A stretch of 64,000 nt of DNA. Source: an uncultured archaeon. Lineage in GTDB: Archaea > Asgardarchaeota > Lokiarchaeia > Sigyniarchaeales > SOKP01. The position numbers and the translations under genes are program-made. The notes beneath the pieces are model-generated. The model was not told the DNA's origin. It saw only the letters and a list, made by a program, of their open reading frames with translations, and made no database searches. Shown here one piece after another: positions 9,217-17,752 of this stretch. Every line of letters starts with the position of its first letter. Position 1 is the first letter of the stretch. Where the stretch lies: positions 8,684 through 72,683 of the forward strand of contig CAZALK010000021.1 of assembly GCA_964486045.1 (NCBI GenBank). Direction: 5' to 3'.

Positions 9217-11115
9217 CTAAGTAGCTTTAGGAATGATTAAGATAAAATTACTTCCCTTAGAATAATCCCCGGTGATTCTATCCTCAACCCAAATTTGTCC
9301 ATTATATGTTTCAATTGCTTTTTTTACTAGCGTTAACCCAATACCCATTCCCTCAGATTGTTTTTCCTCCAAAAAACCTTTATGAAAAATTATTTTTTTT
9401 ATGGAATCAGGTATACCTCTCCCATTATCTCTAAATTCCACTTTTATATAATTAATCTCTTCTTTTTTTTCCTCGGAAAATCTAATCAGAAGTTCTACTG
9501 TAGAATTCTTGTTATATTTTACAGCGTTAACTAATATATTTTCAAATATTTCTCGTAAGATATTATTAGCTTTAACTAAATAGTCTTTCCTGGGAGTATC
9601 CACTTTTACATTTATCTTTTTTAATGTAAAACTTTTTTTCAAGAAATTTATTGAAACCTTCAAAACATCATATATAACTACATTTTTTAAATGTTTTTGA
9701 GATTCTTCAAGCTGGGATAATTTTTGAACGTTTGAAATTAGTTTGGATCCTCTGTGGACTTGATTTTTTATTGACTCAAGCGATTCTTTCAAGTCTAGAG
9801 AAATATCCTTATCTAATGAGTTTATCTCTAAAGTTAACTGAATTACTTGAAGAATATTATTCATATCGTGAGTTATAAGATCTTTATAAAAAGTTGTCCT
9901 CCTAAATGCTTCACGATAATTTTGTTCAGATTCTTTTAATTTCTGTTCTGCTTCCTTATTATTAATATATCCTTTTAAACGGTTTCCAATATCCTTTATT
10001 AAAGATCTTTCTTCTTCAAGAAAAGGCTTATCCTCAAGGTAATAAACCTCAATCTCCAACACTTTTTCATGTATATTTACACTAGAGGACAATTTCCACT
10101 CAGTTATTTTAAAGTTCTCAGTTTTATATTCAACGTTATTTAGAGTTATTCTTGCGCAAGTTATAATGGGAAATTGCCAAGCAGGAGGAATTAATGCAAG
10201 AACACCTTGAAGTAATTCACCAGTCGAAGTGTCTGGATTTTCTGCTAAATCAGAAATTCCATACAAACATGTGAGTTCTTTCACCCGTTCCTTAAGATTA
10301 TTTTCGGATTCTTTTAATAATGCTTCGGCTTTTCGACTATCTGTAATATCAATCCATGAAACTAAATCAGCGAATTTACCTGCGTAAGGGGTAGAATGGG
10401 AATAATTTTCAATCCACTTTATATTACCCGTTTTCGTTATTATTCTAAACTGGTAATTACGAACTATATCTTCTTCCCCAAGTTGTTTTTTTTTAGCTTG
10501 TTCCATAACAAATTCTACAGATTCAGGATGAAATAATTTTCTAAATTCATTTTCAGACCAATTCATCATTTCTTTAGTAGAATAACCAATTATTTTTGCT
10601 AAAGTTTCATTTGCATATTTGATTAATCCATCTTGGACTACACCGATTCCCATGAGAGATTGTTCAGAAATATTTCTAAATTTATCTTCCGATTCCATTA
10701 ATTTCTTTTCTATTAATTTCCGTTCTGTAATATCTACGAATTCCAAAAAAATACATATTGGTTCGTTTTCAGCGTTTTTTATGAGTGTTCCACTCATTTG
10801 TCCCATAAAAAGCCCCCCTTTTCTTGTTCTAAATCGATGTTCACCAACCGAAGAACCCTTAGCTACGATTTTTGAGAGAACGGCGTGAGATCTTTCTATC
10901 GTTCCTCCCCCAAGTTTTAATGAATTTTCCCCAATAAGTTCCTTAAAATTATTATAATTCCAAAATTTTAATAACGCTTTATTAACATAAAGAAAATCCC
11001 AGTTTAAATCTATAATAGCAATAGCATTGATGGATTCATCTAAAACTTTGGATTTTAAATAATCAATATCCAGCTTTTGCTCAATGGAACTTTGTTCATT
11101 CATTTTTCGATTCAT
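9217..11115 (-). CDS. PAS-domain sensor histidine kinase
   Basis: 632-aa ORF. It has two PAS-like modules, each ending in D(I/V)T(E/D)(R/S)K, an H-box-like LITHDMNNILQVI, and an HATPase_c region (NAVKYN, FRDNGRGIP, GMGIGLTLVK). Its start overlaps the glpK stop by 20 nt. Confidence 0.85.
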   Translation of the reverse strand: MNRKMNEQSSIEQKLDIDYLKSKVLDESINAIAIIDLNWDFLYVNKALLKFWNYNNFKELIGENSLKLGGGTIERSHAVLSKIVAKGSSVGEHRFRTRKGGLFMGQMSGTLIKNAENEPICIFLEFVDITERKLIEKKLMESEDKFRNISEQSLMGIGVVQDGLIKYANETLAKIIGYSTKEMMNWSENEFRKLFHPESVEFVMEQAKKKQLGEEDIVRNYQFRIITKTGNIKWIENYSHSTPYAGKFADLVSWIDITDSRKAEALLKESENNLKERVKELTCLYGISDLAENPDTSTGELLQGVLALIPPAWQFPIITCARITLNNVEYKTENFKITEWKLSSSVNIHEKVLEIEVYYLEDKPFLEEERSLIKDIGNRLKGYINNKEAEQKLKESEQNYREAFRRTTFYKDLITHDMNNILQVIQLTLEINSLDKDISLDLKESLESIKNQVHRGSKLISNVQKLSQLEESQKHLKNVVIYDVLKVSINFLKKSFTLKKINVKVDTPRKDYLVKANNILREIFENILVNAVKYNKNSTVELLIRFSEEKKEEINYIKVEFRDNGRGIPDSIKKIIFHKGFLEEKQSEGMGIGLTLVKKAIETYNGQIWVEDRITGDYSKGSNFILIIPKAT

Positions 11116-12595
11116 TTTCTATCAATTGTTTAATCATATTTTGCCATACCATACGTTTTTTACTTCGCATTTGTTGATTATTTTTTGGTTGAAATAATTT
11201 TGAATTCATATTTGAATGCATGTTTAACAGATCTTTAGTTTGCCAAATCCCTAACCCTAAACCAGTTAAATATCCAGTTCCAATACTAGTCATTTCACTT
11301 TCAGAGGATCTTCTAACGGGAATGTTTGAAAAATCACAAATCAATTGATTTACAATATTTGATTGTGATACTCCTCCATCAGTATTTATAGAGTGGAAGG
11401 TAATGCCAGTTTCTTTTTGTATTCCGTCAATAACATCTGTAATACGCATGGCAATTCCTTCAAATATAGCCCGTGCAATGTGAGCCTTTCCTGTAGTCGA
11501 GGACATTCCTTGTATAGAGGCGATAATAGAACTATTAAAATACGGATATTGGATCCCAACTAAGGTGGGTAATATTAATACTTTTTCTGTATCTTGAATT
11601 TGATTTGCTAGTTTATTTAAACTCTCTAGATTCTCTGTTAGTTGAAATATTTGGTTAAACCAGTCAATAAAAGTTCCTACGGTTGCAACAAATCCCTCTA
11701 CGAGATAAGTTGGTTTATTATCAATCACCCATGCTAACGCTGTAATTAATCCAGTTTTTGACACATTTGCACTTTTACCGACATTCATATCAATAAAAGC
11801 ACCAGATCCTAGTGTGATTTTCGCATCTCCCGATTCAAAACAACAATGTCCAAATAAAGATGACTGTTGATCACCTATCACAACTTTTATTGGGATATTT
11901 AAGCCTAATAAATCGATATTTGTTTGACCGTAATCATCAATTGTATTCAGTAACCGAGGAAGTATTTTTTCTGGAATATTGAAAATTTCTAATAGGCCAT
12001 AATTCCATTTTAAATTATAAGGATTTAATAAACCAGTAGATGCATTTGTATAATCTGTTGCATGAACCTCTCCTCCAGTTAATTTATAAATCAACCATGT
12101 ATCTAATGTTCCGAATAATATTTTTCCTGCTTCACATTTTTCTTGTAGTCCATCAATATGTTCCAAAAGCCATTTTAAACGAACAATTGTTAAAAATGGA
12201 TTAAATTGAATTAAAATGCCGGTGGTTGATAATAAAGTGAGAGCTTTTTCATTTTTGTTCATTTGATCACTTGTTTCTGCTGACCTTGTATCTGCCCAGC
12301 TAATAAAATTGATTATAGGTTTACCTGTTTCTTTGTCCCAAAGTACAAATGTAGCTCGTTGGTTGGTAATTCCAATTCCTTTTACTTTATCTGGTGAGGT
12401 AATATTTTGGATGACATCCTGAATTACAGATTGTGTCGTAAACCAGATTTCTTCAGGATCATACTCAATGTATCCCGTTTGAGGTTGTAATATAGAGATA
12501 GTTTTGTATTTATGAGCAATTTTCTTTCCTTCTGAATCAAAAATCGTTGCTCGAATACCTGAAGAACCACAATCAATTATAAGAATAAATTCCAT
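11096..12595 (-). CDS. glpK: Glycerol kinase (FGGY family)
   Basis: 499-aa ORF. GlpK-like blocks are IIDCGSSGIRATIF, GITNQRATFVLWDKETGKP, FGTLDTWLIYKLTGGEVHATDYTNASTGLL, GDQQSSLFGH and TDGGVSQSN. Confidence 0.85.
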   Translation of the reverse strand: MEFILIIDCGSSGIRATIFDSEGKKIAHKYKTISILQPQTGYIEYDPEEIWFTTQSVIQDVIQNITSPDKVKGIGITNQRATFVLWDKETGKPIINFISWADTRSAETSDQMNKNEKALTLLSTTGILIQFNPFLTIVRLKWLLEHIDGLQEKCEAGKILFGTLDTWLIYKLTGGEVHATDYTNASTGLLNPYNLKWNYGLLEIFNIPEKILPRLLNTIDDYGQTNIDLLGLNIPIKVVIGDQQSSLFGHCCFESGDAKITLGSGAFIDMNVGKSANVSKTGLITALAWVIDNKPTYLVEGFVATVGTFIDWFNQIFQLTENLESLNKLANQIQDTEKVLILPTLVGIQYPYFNSSIIASIQGMSSTTGKAHIARAIFEGIAMRITDVIDGIQKETGITFHSINTDGGVSQSNIVNQLICDFSNIPVRRSSESEMTSIGTGYLTGLGLGIWQTKDLLNMHSNMNSKLFQPKNNQQMRSKKRMVWQNMIKQLIENESKNE

Positions 12596-12893
12596 TTTTT
12601 ACATATCACGTCCTTGAGACAGGTATAAAATCTTTTAATACCATTTTTATAAATAAATTTCAAATATTTAAATATTTTTTAATGCGAAAAAATCATAAAT
12701 TTTCTTTCCATCTTTCTTGGAGGGTTTATGGTCCTGAGATTCAAATACACTATAATTTTATATCCACACAACTAAAGAGGAAATCAACCCATTCCTAAAA
12801 AACACTAGTGTTTTAAAATAGAATCTTTTAGTTTTTGATTGTTAAAAATAACAGTTGATAAAAATAAGGGTTAAAAATGATCTAAAAATTCTG

Positions 12894-13181
12894 TTAAAAC
12901 TCTTCTTCCTCATCGCTTTCTTTGAGCAAACCAGCTTGCTTTAATAAATCTTCTACACTATCTCGAGCTTTTATAACTTGCTCATTATCTTTAAGCTTTA
13001 ATTGGTCAATCATAGAGTCAGAAAATTCCATGAGTTTACCTATTGCATCGTTTGAAAATTCTTTTACTTTCTCAGAAGTTTCCTCAATAAAATCTTTCCC
13101 GGATTCTCCAAAGACACTACCAACAAAATCTACGAGAGCCTTATTCATTTTATCAATGAAATTTTCTCTTTCTTCACTCAT
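12894..13181 (-). CDS. Small acidic helical hypothetical protein
   Basis: 95-aa ORF with an ATG start and protein-like composition. The overlapping plus-strand ORF 12922..13203 is S/F/L-rich, as antisense artefacts typically are. Confidence 0.5.
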   Translation of the reverse strand: MSEERENFIDKMNKALVDFVGSVFGESGKDFIEETSEKVKEFSNDAIGKLMEFSDSMIDQLKLKDNEQVIKARDSVEDLLKQAGLLKESDEEEEF

Positions 13182-13398
13182 TTTCTCTTACCTCGTTTTT
13201 TAATTATTGAGTATAATCTTTTTAAATATTAAAATTCATATGATATTTATTATAAATCCAATCTAAATGTAATATTTTACGGTTTGGATATATTATTATT
13301 ATTAAAGCCAATTTTTTTAACAAGCCCTAAATAGAAAAACCTTGCTTCTTATGGCACTTTTACTTGTAAGATTTCTTACTTTCTCAGAAATGGATAAA

Positions 13399-14685
13399 TT
13401 AATCAATTTTTATGGATTTAAAACGGTGAAATGGTGGTTTATGACCTTCTGGGAAAGGAGATTCATAAACTTTGTCTTTAAATGTATTTTTAAACTCATT
13501 CCGTGCGTTTGTTATTAATTCGGGGTTACTAAGAAATTCTAAAGCAGATAAACAGATGATCTGGGCAGCTTTAATCATACCTCTATGTCCAATACCCATT
13601 CCAGAGGTCGCTACATTTTGCCAAGAATGACCCGGAGATCCCACTACATGGCATGCAGTACCAAACTCTCCTAACGGAGTATTCCATGAGACATCTGCAA
13701 CATCCGTAGACCCAGCTGCGACTTTTCCTTTTCCTAAAGGCGGAGCTATTACGGGATAGAGTGGTTCCGAGAGAAATTTCAATGCTACATCTAACATCTC
13801 CGGAGGGACTATCTTTTTTATAGAAGTAACATCTAGTGGAGGTAAAGTCTTTTTTAATTCTTGAGCAAATAGTTGTTCCTCTCTGTTGAATCTTGGGGGC
13901 CCCAATTGTCTCATTTTTTCATAAATTACATTATTCACAACCTCATTACGTATTGGGTTATAGGTTCCATCAATAAAATCAATTTCTAATCGAGTTTCAG
14001 TCATTAATACAGCCTCTTCTGCTACTTTTATTAATCGTTTATATAATTCATCAACTTGGTATCGTTCAGGAGCTCTAACAAAGTAATGTACCTCAGCTTC
14101 AGCGGGAACTATATTCGGAGCAAATCCACCATTTGTAATTACATAATGAAGTCGAGCATCAGATATTATATGTTCTTGAAGGTAATTGGCACCGACATTC
14201 ATCAGCTCTACTGCATCGAGTGCACTACGGCCATTATAAGGGTCTACAGCAGCATGAGCAGTTTTTCCGTAGAATTTAAAGAAGATTGAGTTCAAAGCAG
14301 TGTTAGATTGGACTGCAATGTTATTAACCCAACCGGGATGCCATGTTATAGAAATATCAATATCCTCAAAAAGACCACCGGGACTTATCATATATCCTTT
14401 TGCATTAAAATTTTCCTCTGCAGGACAACCATAATATCTTATTGTTCCTTTTACGTCTCCGGCATCAATTGCTTTTTTAACTGCTAATACACCTGCTACT
14501 CCTGCGGTTCCTAAAAGATTATGACTACATCCATGACCTGGAGCACCTTCCTTTAAAGGTTTTCTTATCTCCCCCGCAACCTGACTTAATCCAGGTAAAG
14601 CGTCATATTCACCTAATATCGCGATAGTTGGTTTACAACTACCATAAGATGCAACAAATGCGGTAGGCATTGCTGCAACTCCCAT
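13399..14685 (-). CDS. M20-family amidohydrolase (AbgB / aminobenzoyl-glutamate hydrolase subunit B-like)
   Basis: 428-aa ORF. Typical blocks are PTAFVASYGS, ILGEYDALPGLSQ, GHGCSHNLLG, YYGCPAEE, HAAVDPYNGRSALDA and GSPGHSWQ. The homologous N-terminal region continues upstream of the called Met (see 14686..14862). Confidence 0.8.
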   Translation of the reverse strand: MGVAAMPTAFVASYGSCKPTIAILGEYDALPGLSQVAGEIRKPLKEGAPGHGCSHNLLGTAGVAGVLAVKKAIDAGDVKGTIRYYGCPAEENFNAKGYMISPGGLFEDIDISITWHPGWVNNIAVQSNTALNSIFFKFYGKTAHAAVDPYNGRSALDAVELMNVGANYLQEHIISDARLHYVITNGGFAPNIVPAEAEVHYFVRAPERYQVDELYKRLIKVAEEAVLMTETRLEIDFIDGTYNPIRNEVVNNVIYEKMRQLGPPRFNREEQLFAQELKKTLPPLDVTSIKKIVPPEMLDVALKFLSEPLYPVIAPPLGKGKVAAGSTDVADVSWNTPLGEFGTACHVVGSPGHSWQNVATSGMGIGHRGMIKAAQIICLSALEFLSNPELITNARNEFKNTFKDKVYESPFPEGHKPPFHRFKSIKID

Positions 14686-14862
14686 CTCAACATTAAATCC
14701 ATTTTCTTTGAGAGTTTTTGCTAATAACTCAGAAGATTTATATTCATAAAATCCCAGTTCAGCAAAACCCCATATTTTATCGCTTATTTCTGTGAAAGTA
14801 TGTTGATTCCTCTTTATCCATTTTGAATATTCACTAAATTTCCTTGCCAGTTTCCTTCACAT
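14686..14862 (-). other. In-frame, start-less N-terminal extension of the M20 gene: ATG (14862..14860), TGA (14859..14857), then 57 open codons
   Basis: The reverse-complement reading is M * RKLARKFSEYSKWIKRNQHTFTEISDKIWGFAELGFYEYKSSELLAKTLKENGFNVE, followed by MGVAAMPTAFV. The segment ISDKIWGFAELGFYEYKSSELLAKTLKENGF matches the usual AbgB N-terminus. There is no ATG, GTG or TTG between the TGA and Met 14685. Confidence 0.6.
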
Positions 14863-15008
14863 TTTTTATTGTTAGTATAATTTAATCATAAATAATTGAG
14901 ATTATCTTTAAAAACTTTACAACCGATAATTTTTTTAGATAGATGTGATAGATAGAAGTATCTTTTATTCAAAATCTTTACAATTTATGCTAATTGTGTG
15001 AACTAATT

Positions 15009-16997
15009 ATGAGTGACGAGAGAAAAAAACTTTGGGAGCCTTCAAAAAAATGGATAAAAAATGCAGAAATAACGCGTTTCATTGAATATGTCAACAGCAT
15101 ATATAAAATGAAAATTAAAGGAGCAAAAGAATTATATCAATGGTCGATCGATTATATTGAGAATTTTTGGGAAGCTATGTGGGATTTTGGTGGTATAATT
15201 GCTTCAAAGAAATATGATAAAGTTGTTGAAGACTTAAATGTATTCCCCGGCACTAAGTGGTTCCCAGGAGCAATGCTCAATTTTGCTGAGAATCTATTAA
15301 GATACAAGGATGACCAATTTGCGTTTATATTTCAAGGTGAATCTAAAAAGACCGAACTAATCACATATGAAAATTTAAACAAACAAGTTGCGAGATTAGC
15401 TCAATCTCTTCGGGAAACTGGGGTGAAAGTAGGAGATAGAGTGGTATCTTATATTCCAAACTTAATTGAAACGCCTACAGCCATGCTAGCCACTACAGCA
15501 ATTGGTGCTATCTGGGCTTCTTGTGGAGCGGAATTACAAGCCAGTGCTGTGATAGATCGATTTGGACAAATTGAGCCAAAAGTACTATTTACTGTCGATG
15601 GGTACTATTACAGAGATAAAGTTTTTGATATTATCCCTAATGTTAAAGAAGTAGTGAAAGCAATTCCTTCGATTGAGAAGGTTGTCGTAGTTTCGTATGT
15701 ATCTGATGGAAAACCAGATATTACCAGTATTCCTAATAGTATTCATTGGGATGAATTTCTTTCTCAAGAAGAAGATCCTAACCTAAATTTTGAACAATTA
15801 CCCTTTAATCATCCTGTATATGTCATGTTTTCAAGTGGAACTACCGGAAAGCCAAAATGTATGGTCCAAGGAGCAGGAGGAGTATTAATTAATCACTTAA
15901 AGGAACTTATTTTAGCAACAGACCTTAGACGATCTGATGTAATAAATTACATAACTGCGCCATCTTGGATGATGTGGAATTGGTTGATTAGTTCTCTGGC
16001 TGTAGGAGCAACTATTTTTATTTATGATGGAAACCCCCTATACCCAACTCCTCTTAGAATGTTTGAACTCATAGAGAAATATAAAATCTCTATTTTCGGC
16101 ACAAGCGCATCTTACTTACATCATCTAATGGGGATTGATGCTAAACCCTCTGAAAAATATGATATAAGTTCCCTGCGAATAATTTCACAAACCGCGTCTA
16201 CTCTTTCTCCTGAAGGATTTGAATATGTGTATAAACGAATAAAACAAGATCTTTTTTTTAATTCTATCAGTGGAGGTACTGACTTTAACGGATGTTTTGC
16301 TTGTGCAGTACCTATTCTTCCTGTATATTCCGGTGAAATACAAGGGAAATCATTAGCTATGAAAGTTCAATCTTATAATGATGATGGTGAAGTAGTTGAA
16401 GATGGACAAGCCGAACTCGTATGCGAAATGCCCTCTCCTTCAATGCCTATTTATTTCTGGGGGGATGACGACAACATGACAAAATATAAAGCTGCATACT
16501 TCGATTTTTTTAAAGAAAAGGGTAAGAATGTGTGGCGCCATGGTGATTATATTGTAATTCATAGCGATACTGGAGGTATTACATTCTGGGGTAGATCTGA
16601 TTCTGTACTCAAACCAAGTGGAGTAAGAATTGGTACAGCAGAAATTTATAATGTGGTTGAACAACTTCCAGAGATAGCAGATTCGCTTGTAATTGGCCAG
16701 AAAATCAGTGGGGATATCCGAATAGTTATGTTTATTTTACTGAATGAGGGATTTAAGTTAACAGATGAATTGAAATTAAAAATTAGAAAAACATTGAGAG
16801 AGAAAACTTCCCCTAGACATGTTCCCAAGCTTATAATACAAGCACCCCCAGATGGTATACCCTATACATTTAGCAATAAAAAAGTTGAGATTGCAGTGAC
16901 CAAGATAATTCATGGAATGACAGTAGCCAATAGAGGTGCTTTAAGAAACCCAGAATCATTAGATTTCTACAAAGAAATGAAGTCCAAACTTCAATAA
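15009..16997 (+). CDS. Acetoacetyl-CoA synthetase (acetoacetate-CoA ligase, AMP-forming)
   Basis: The ORF runs 14994..16997. ATG at 15009 (MSDERKKLWEPS...) is the likelier start. Family blocks are LWEPS...ITRF, WSIDYIENFWEAMWDF, the AMP-binding motif MFSSGTTGKPKCMV, and WRHGDYI...GRSDSVLKPSGVRIGTAEIY. Confidence 0.8.
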   Translation: MSDERKKLWEPSKKWIKNAEITRFIEYVNSIYKMKIKGAKELYQWSIDYIENFWEAMWDFGGIIASKKYDKVVEDLNVFPGTKWFPGAMLNFAENLLRYKDDQFAFIFQGESKKTELITYENLNKQVARLAQSLRETGVKVGDRVVSYIPNLIETPTAMLATTAIGAIWASCGAELQASAVIDRFGQIEPKVLFTVDGYYYRDKVFDIIPNVKEVVKAIPSIEKVVVVSYVSDGKPDITSIPNSIHWDEFLSQEEDPNLNFEQLPFNHPVYVMFSSGTTGKPKCMVQGAGGVLINHLKELILATDLRRSDVINYITAPSWMMWNWLISSLAVGATIFIYDGNPLYPTPLRMFELIEKYKISIFGTSASYLHHLMGIDAKPSEKYDISSLRIISQTASTLSPEGFEYVYKRIKQDLFFNSISGGTDFNGCFACAVPILPVYSGEIQGKSLAMKVQSYNDDGEVVEDGQAELVCEMPSPSMPIYFWGDDDNMTKYKAAYFDFFKEKGKNVWRHGDYIVIHSDTGGITFWGRSDSVLKPSGVRIGTAEIYNVVEQLPEIADSLVIGQKISGDIRIVMFILLNEGFKLTDELKLKIRKTLREKTSPRHVPKLIIQAPPDGIPYTFSNKKVEIAVTKIIHGMTVANRGALRNPESLDFYKEMKSKLQ

Positions 16998-17002
16998 TAA
17001 AA

Positions 17003-17019
17003 TTTTTTTATTTCTTTTT
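17003..17019 (+). terminator. T-rich tract (tttttttatttcttttt) just after the acetoacetyl-CoA synthetase stop
   Basis: It is an oligo-T run 6 nt after the TAA TAA double stop. Terminator function is inferred. Confidence 0.35.
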
Positions 17020-17133
17020 ATCTGAACCTCATTTTCTGCATAAAAAAGAAATATATGTCAAAAAGTAAAAAATATAAGGCTCTTTAACCATAAGTATTTT
17101 GAATTACTTAAAAATTTAAAAATATAGCGAATT

Positions 17134-17328
17134 ATGACTCTAAAACCTATCAAAGAAGATATAATAAAACTCATACAAGAGTTACCCGATGATGCAACAT
17201 TAGAGGATATTCAATATCATCTCTTTGTAAAACAAAAGCTTTTAAGAGCAGAAGAACAAATGAAAGAAGGAAAAACAGTTCCACATGAACAAGTCATGGA
17301 AAAGGCTAGGAAGAAATGGTTCAATTAG
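17134..17328 (+). CDS. Type II antitoxin (addiction-module component paired with RelE/ParE toxins)
   Basis: 64-aa ORF. IKLIQELPDDATLEDIQYHLFVKQKLLRAEEQMKEGKTVPHEQVMEKARKKW matches the common LP(D/E)DA..EDIQY.LYV...I..G......G...HEEV....KW antitoxin pattern. It overlaps the next ORF by 13 nt. Confidence 0.7.
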   Translation: MTLKPIKEDIIKLIQELPDDATLEDIQYHLFVKQKLLRAEEQMKEGKTVPHEQVMEKARKKWFN

Positions 17329-17522
17329 AATGGGCTGAAGAAGCTGAAGAAGATTTAGATGATATACTTTCTTACCTTTCAAAAAGCTCATCTCAATATG
17401 CTAATTTAAGAGACAGGGAATTATTCATTCAAAAATATAGACTAATTTATAGGTTCCTAGAGGAGGATGATAAAATCTTAATAATGATGATAATTCATGG
17501 AAGTAGATTATTGAAATTATAA
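17316..17522 (+). CDS. RelE/ParE-family toxin, short (68 aa), apparently with an internal deletion
   Basis: The N-terminus (EWAEEAEEDLDDILSYLSK) and C-terminus (YRLIYRFLEEDDKILIMMIIHGSR) fit the ParE/RelE pattern. The central ~25 residues (the usual ...L...P..G... segment) appear to be missing. Confidence 0.6.
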   Translation: MVQLEWAEEAEEDLDDILSYLSKSSSQYANLRDRELFIQKYRLIYRFLEEDDKILIMMIIHGSRLLKL

Positions 17523-17528
17523 GATTAT

Positions 17529-17669
17529 CAAACACCTCCTAATGAATTTCCTTATACATTTAACAACAAACAAGTTCAGATTATTGTGACTAAAACTCTC
17601 CTTGGTATGTTAGTTGATAATTGTGGAGCTCATAGGAATCCCGATTCTCTTGATTTTACATGGAAATAG
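17529..17669 (+). pseudogene. Diverged remnant of an acetoacetyl-CoA synthetase 3' end
   Basis: It translates to QTPPNEFPYTFNNKQVQIIVTKTLLGMLVDNCGAHRNPDSLDFTWK*. The C-terminus of the intact gene (16840..16997) reads QAPPDGIPYTFSNKKVEIAVTKIIHGMTVANRGALRNPESLDFYKEMKSKLQ*. The remnant is in frame immediately after the toxin stop and has no start of its own. Confidence 0.7.
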
Positions 17670-17752
17670 AGAATAAACTTTATAGAGATTAAGTATAAAA
17701 AAGTCTAATCTAATATATGTTATAAGAACTAAACCTAAATCTTTAGCATAAA

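Noticed and set aside
14857-14859. Reading the in-frame TGA at codon 2 of the M20 gene as selenocysteine.
   Set aside because: Position 2 is not a catalytic site in this family, and I see no obvious stem-loop suggestive of a SECIS element nearby. A nonsense mutation or a sequencing error is the simpler explanation.
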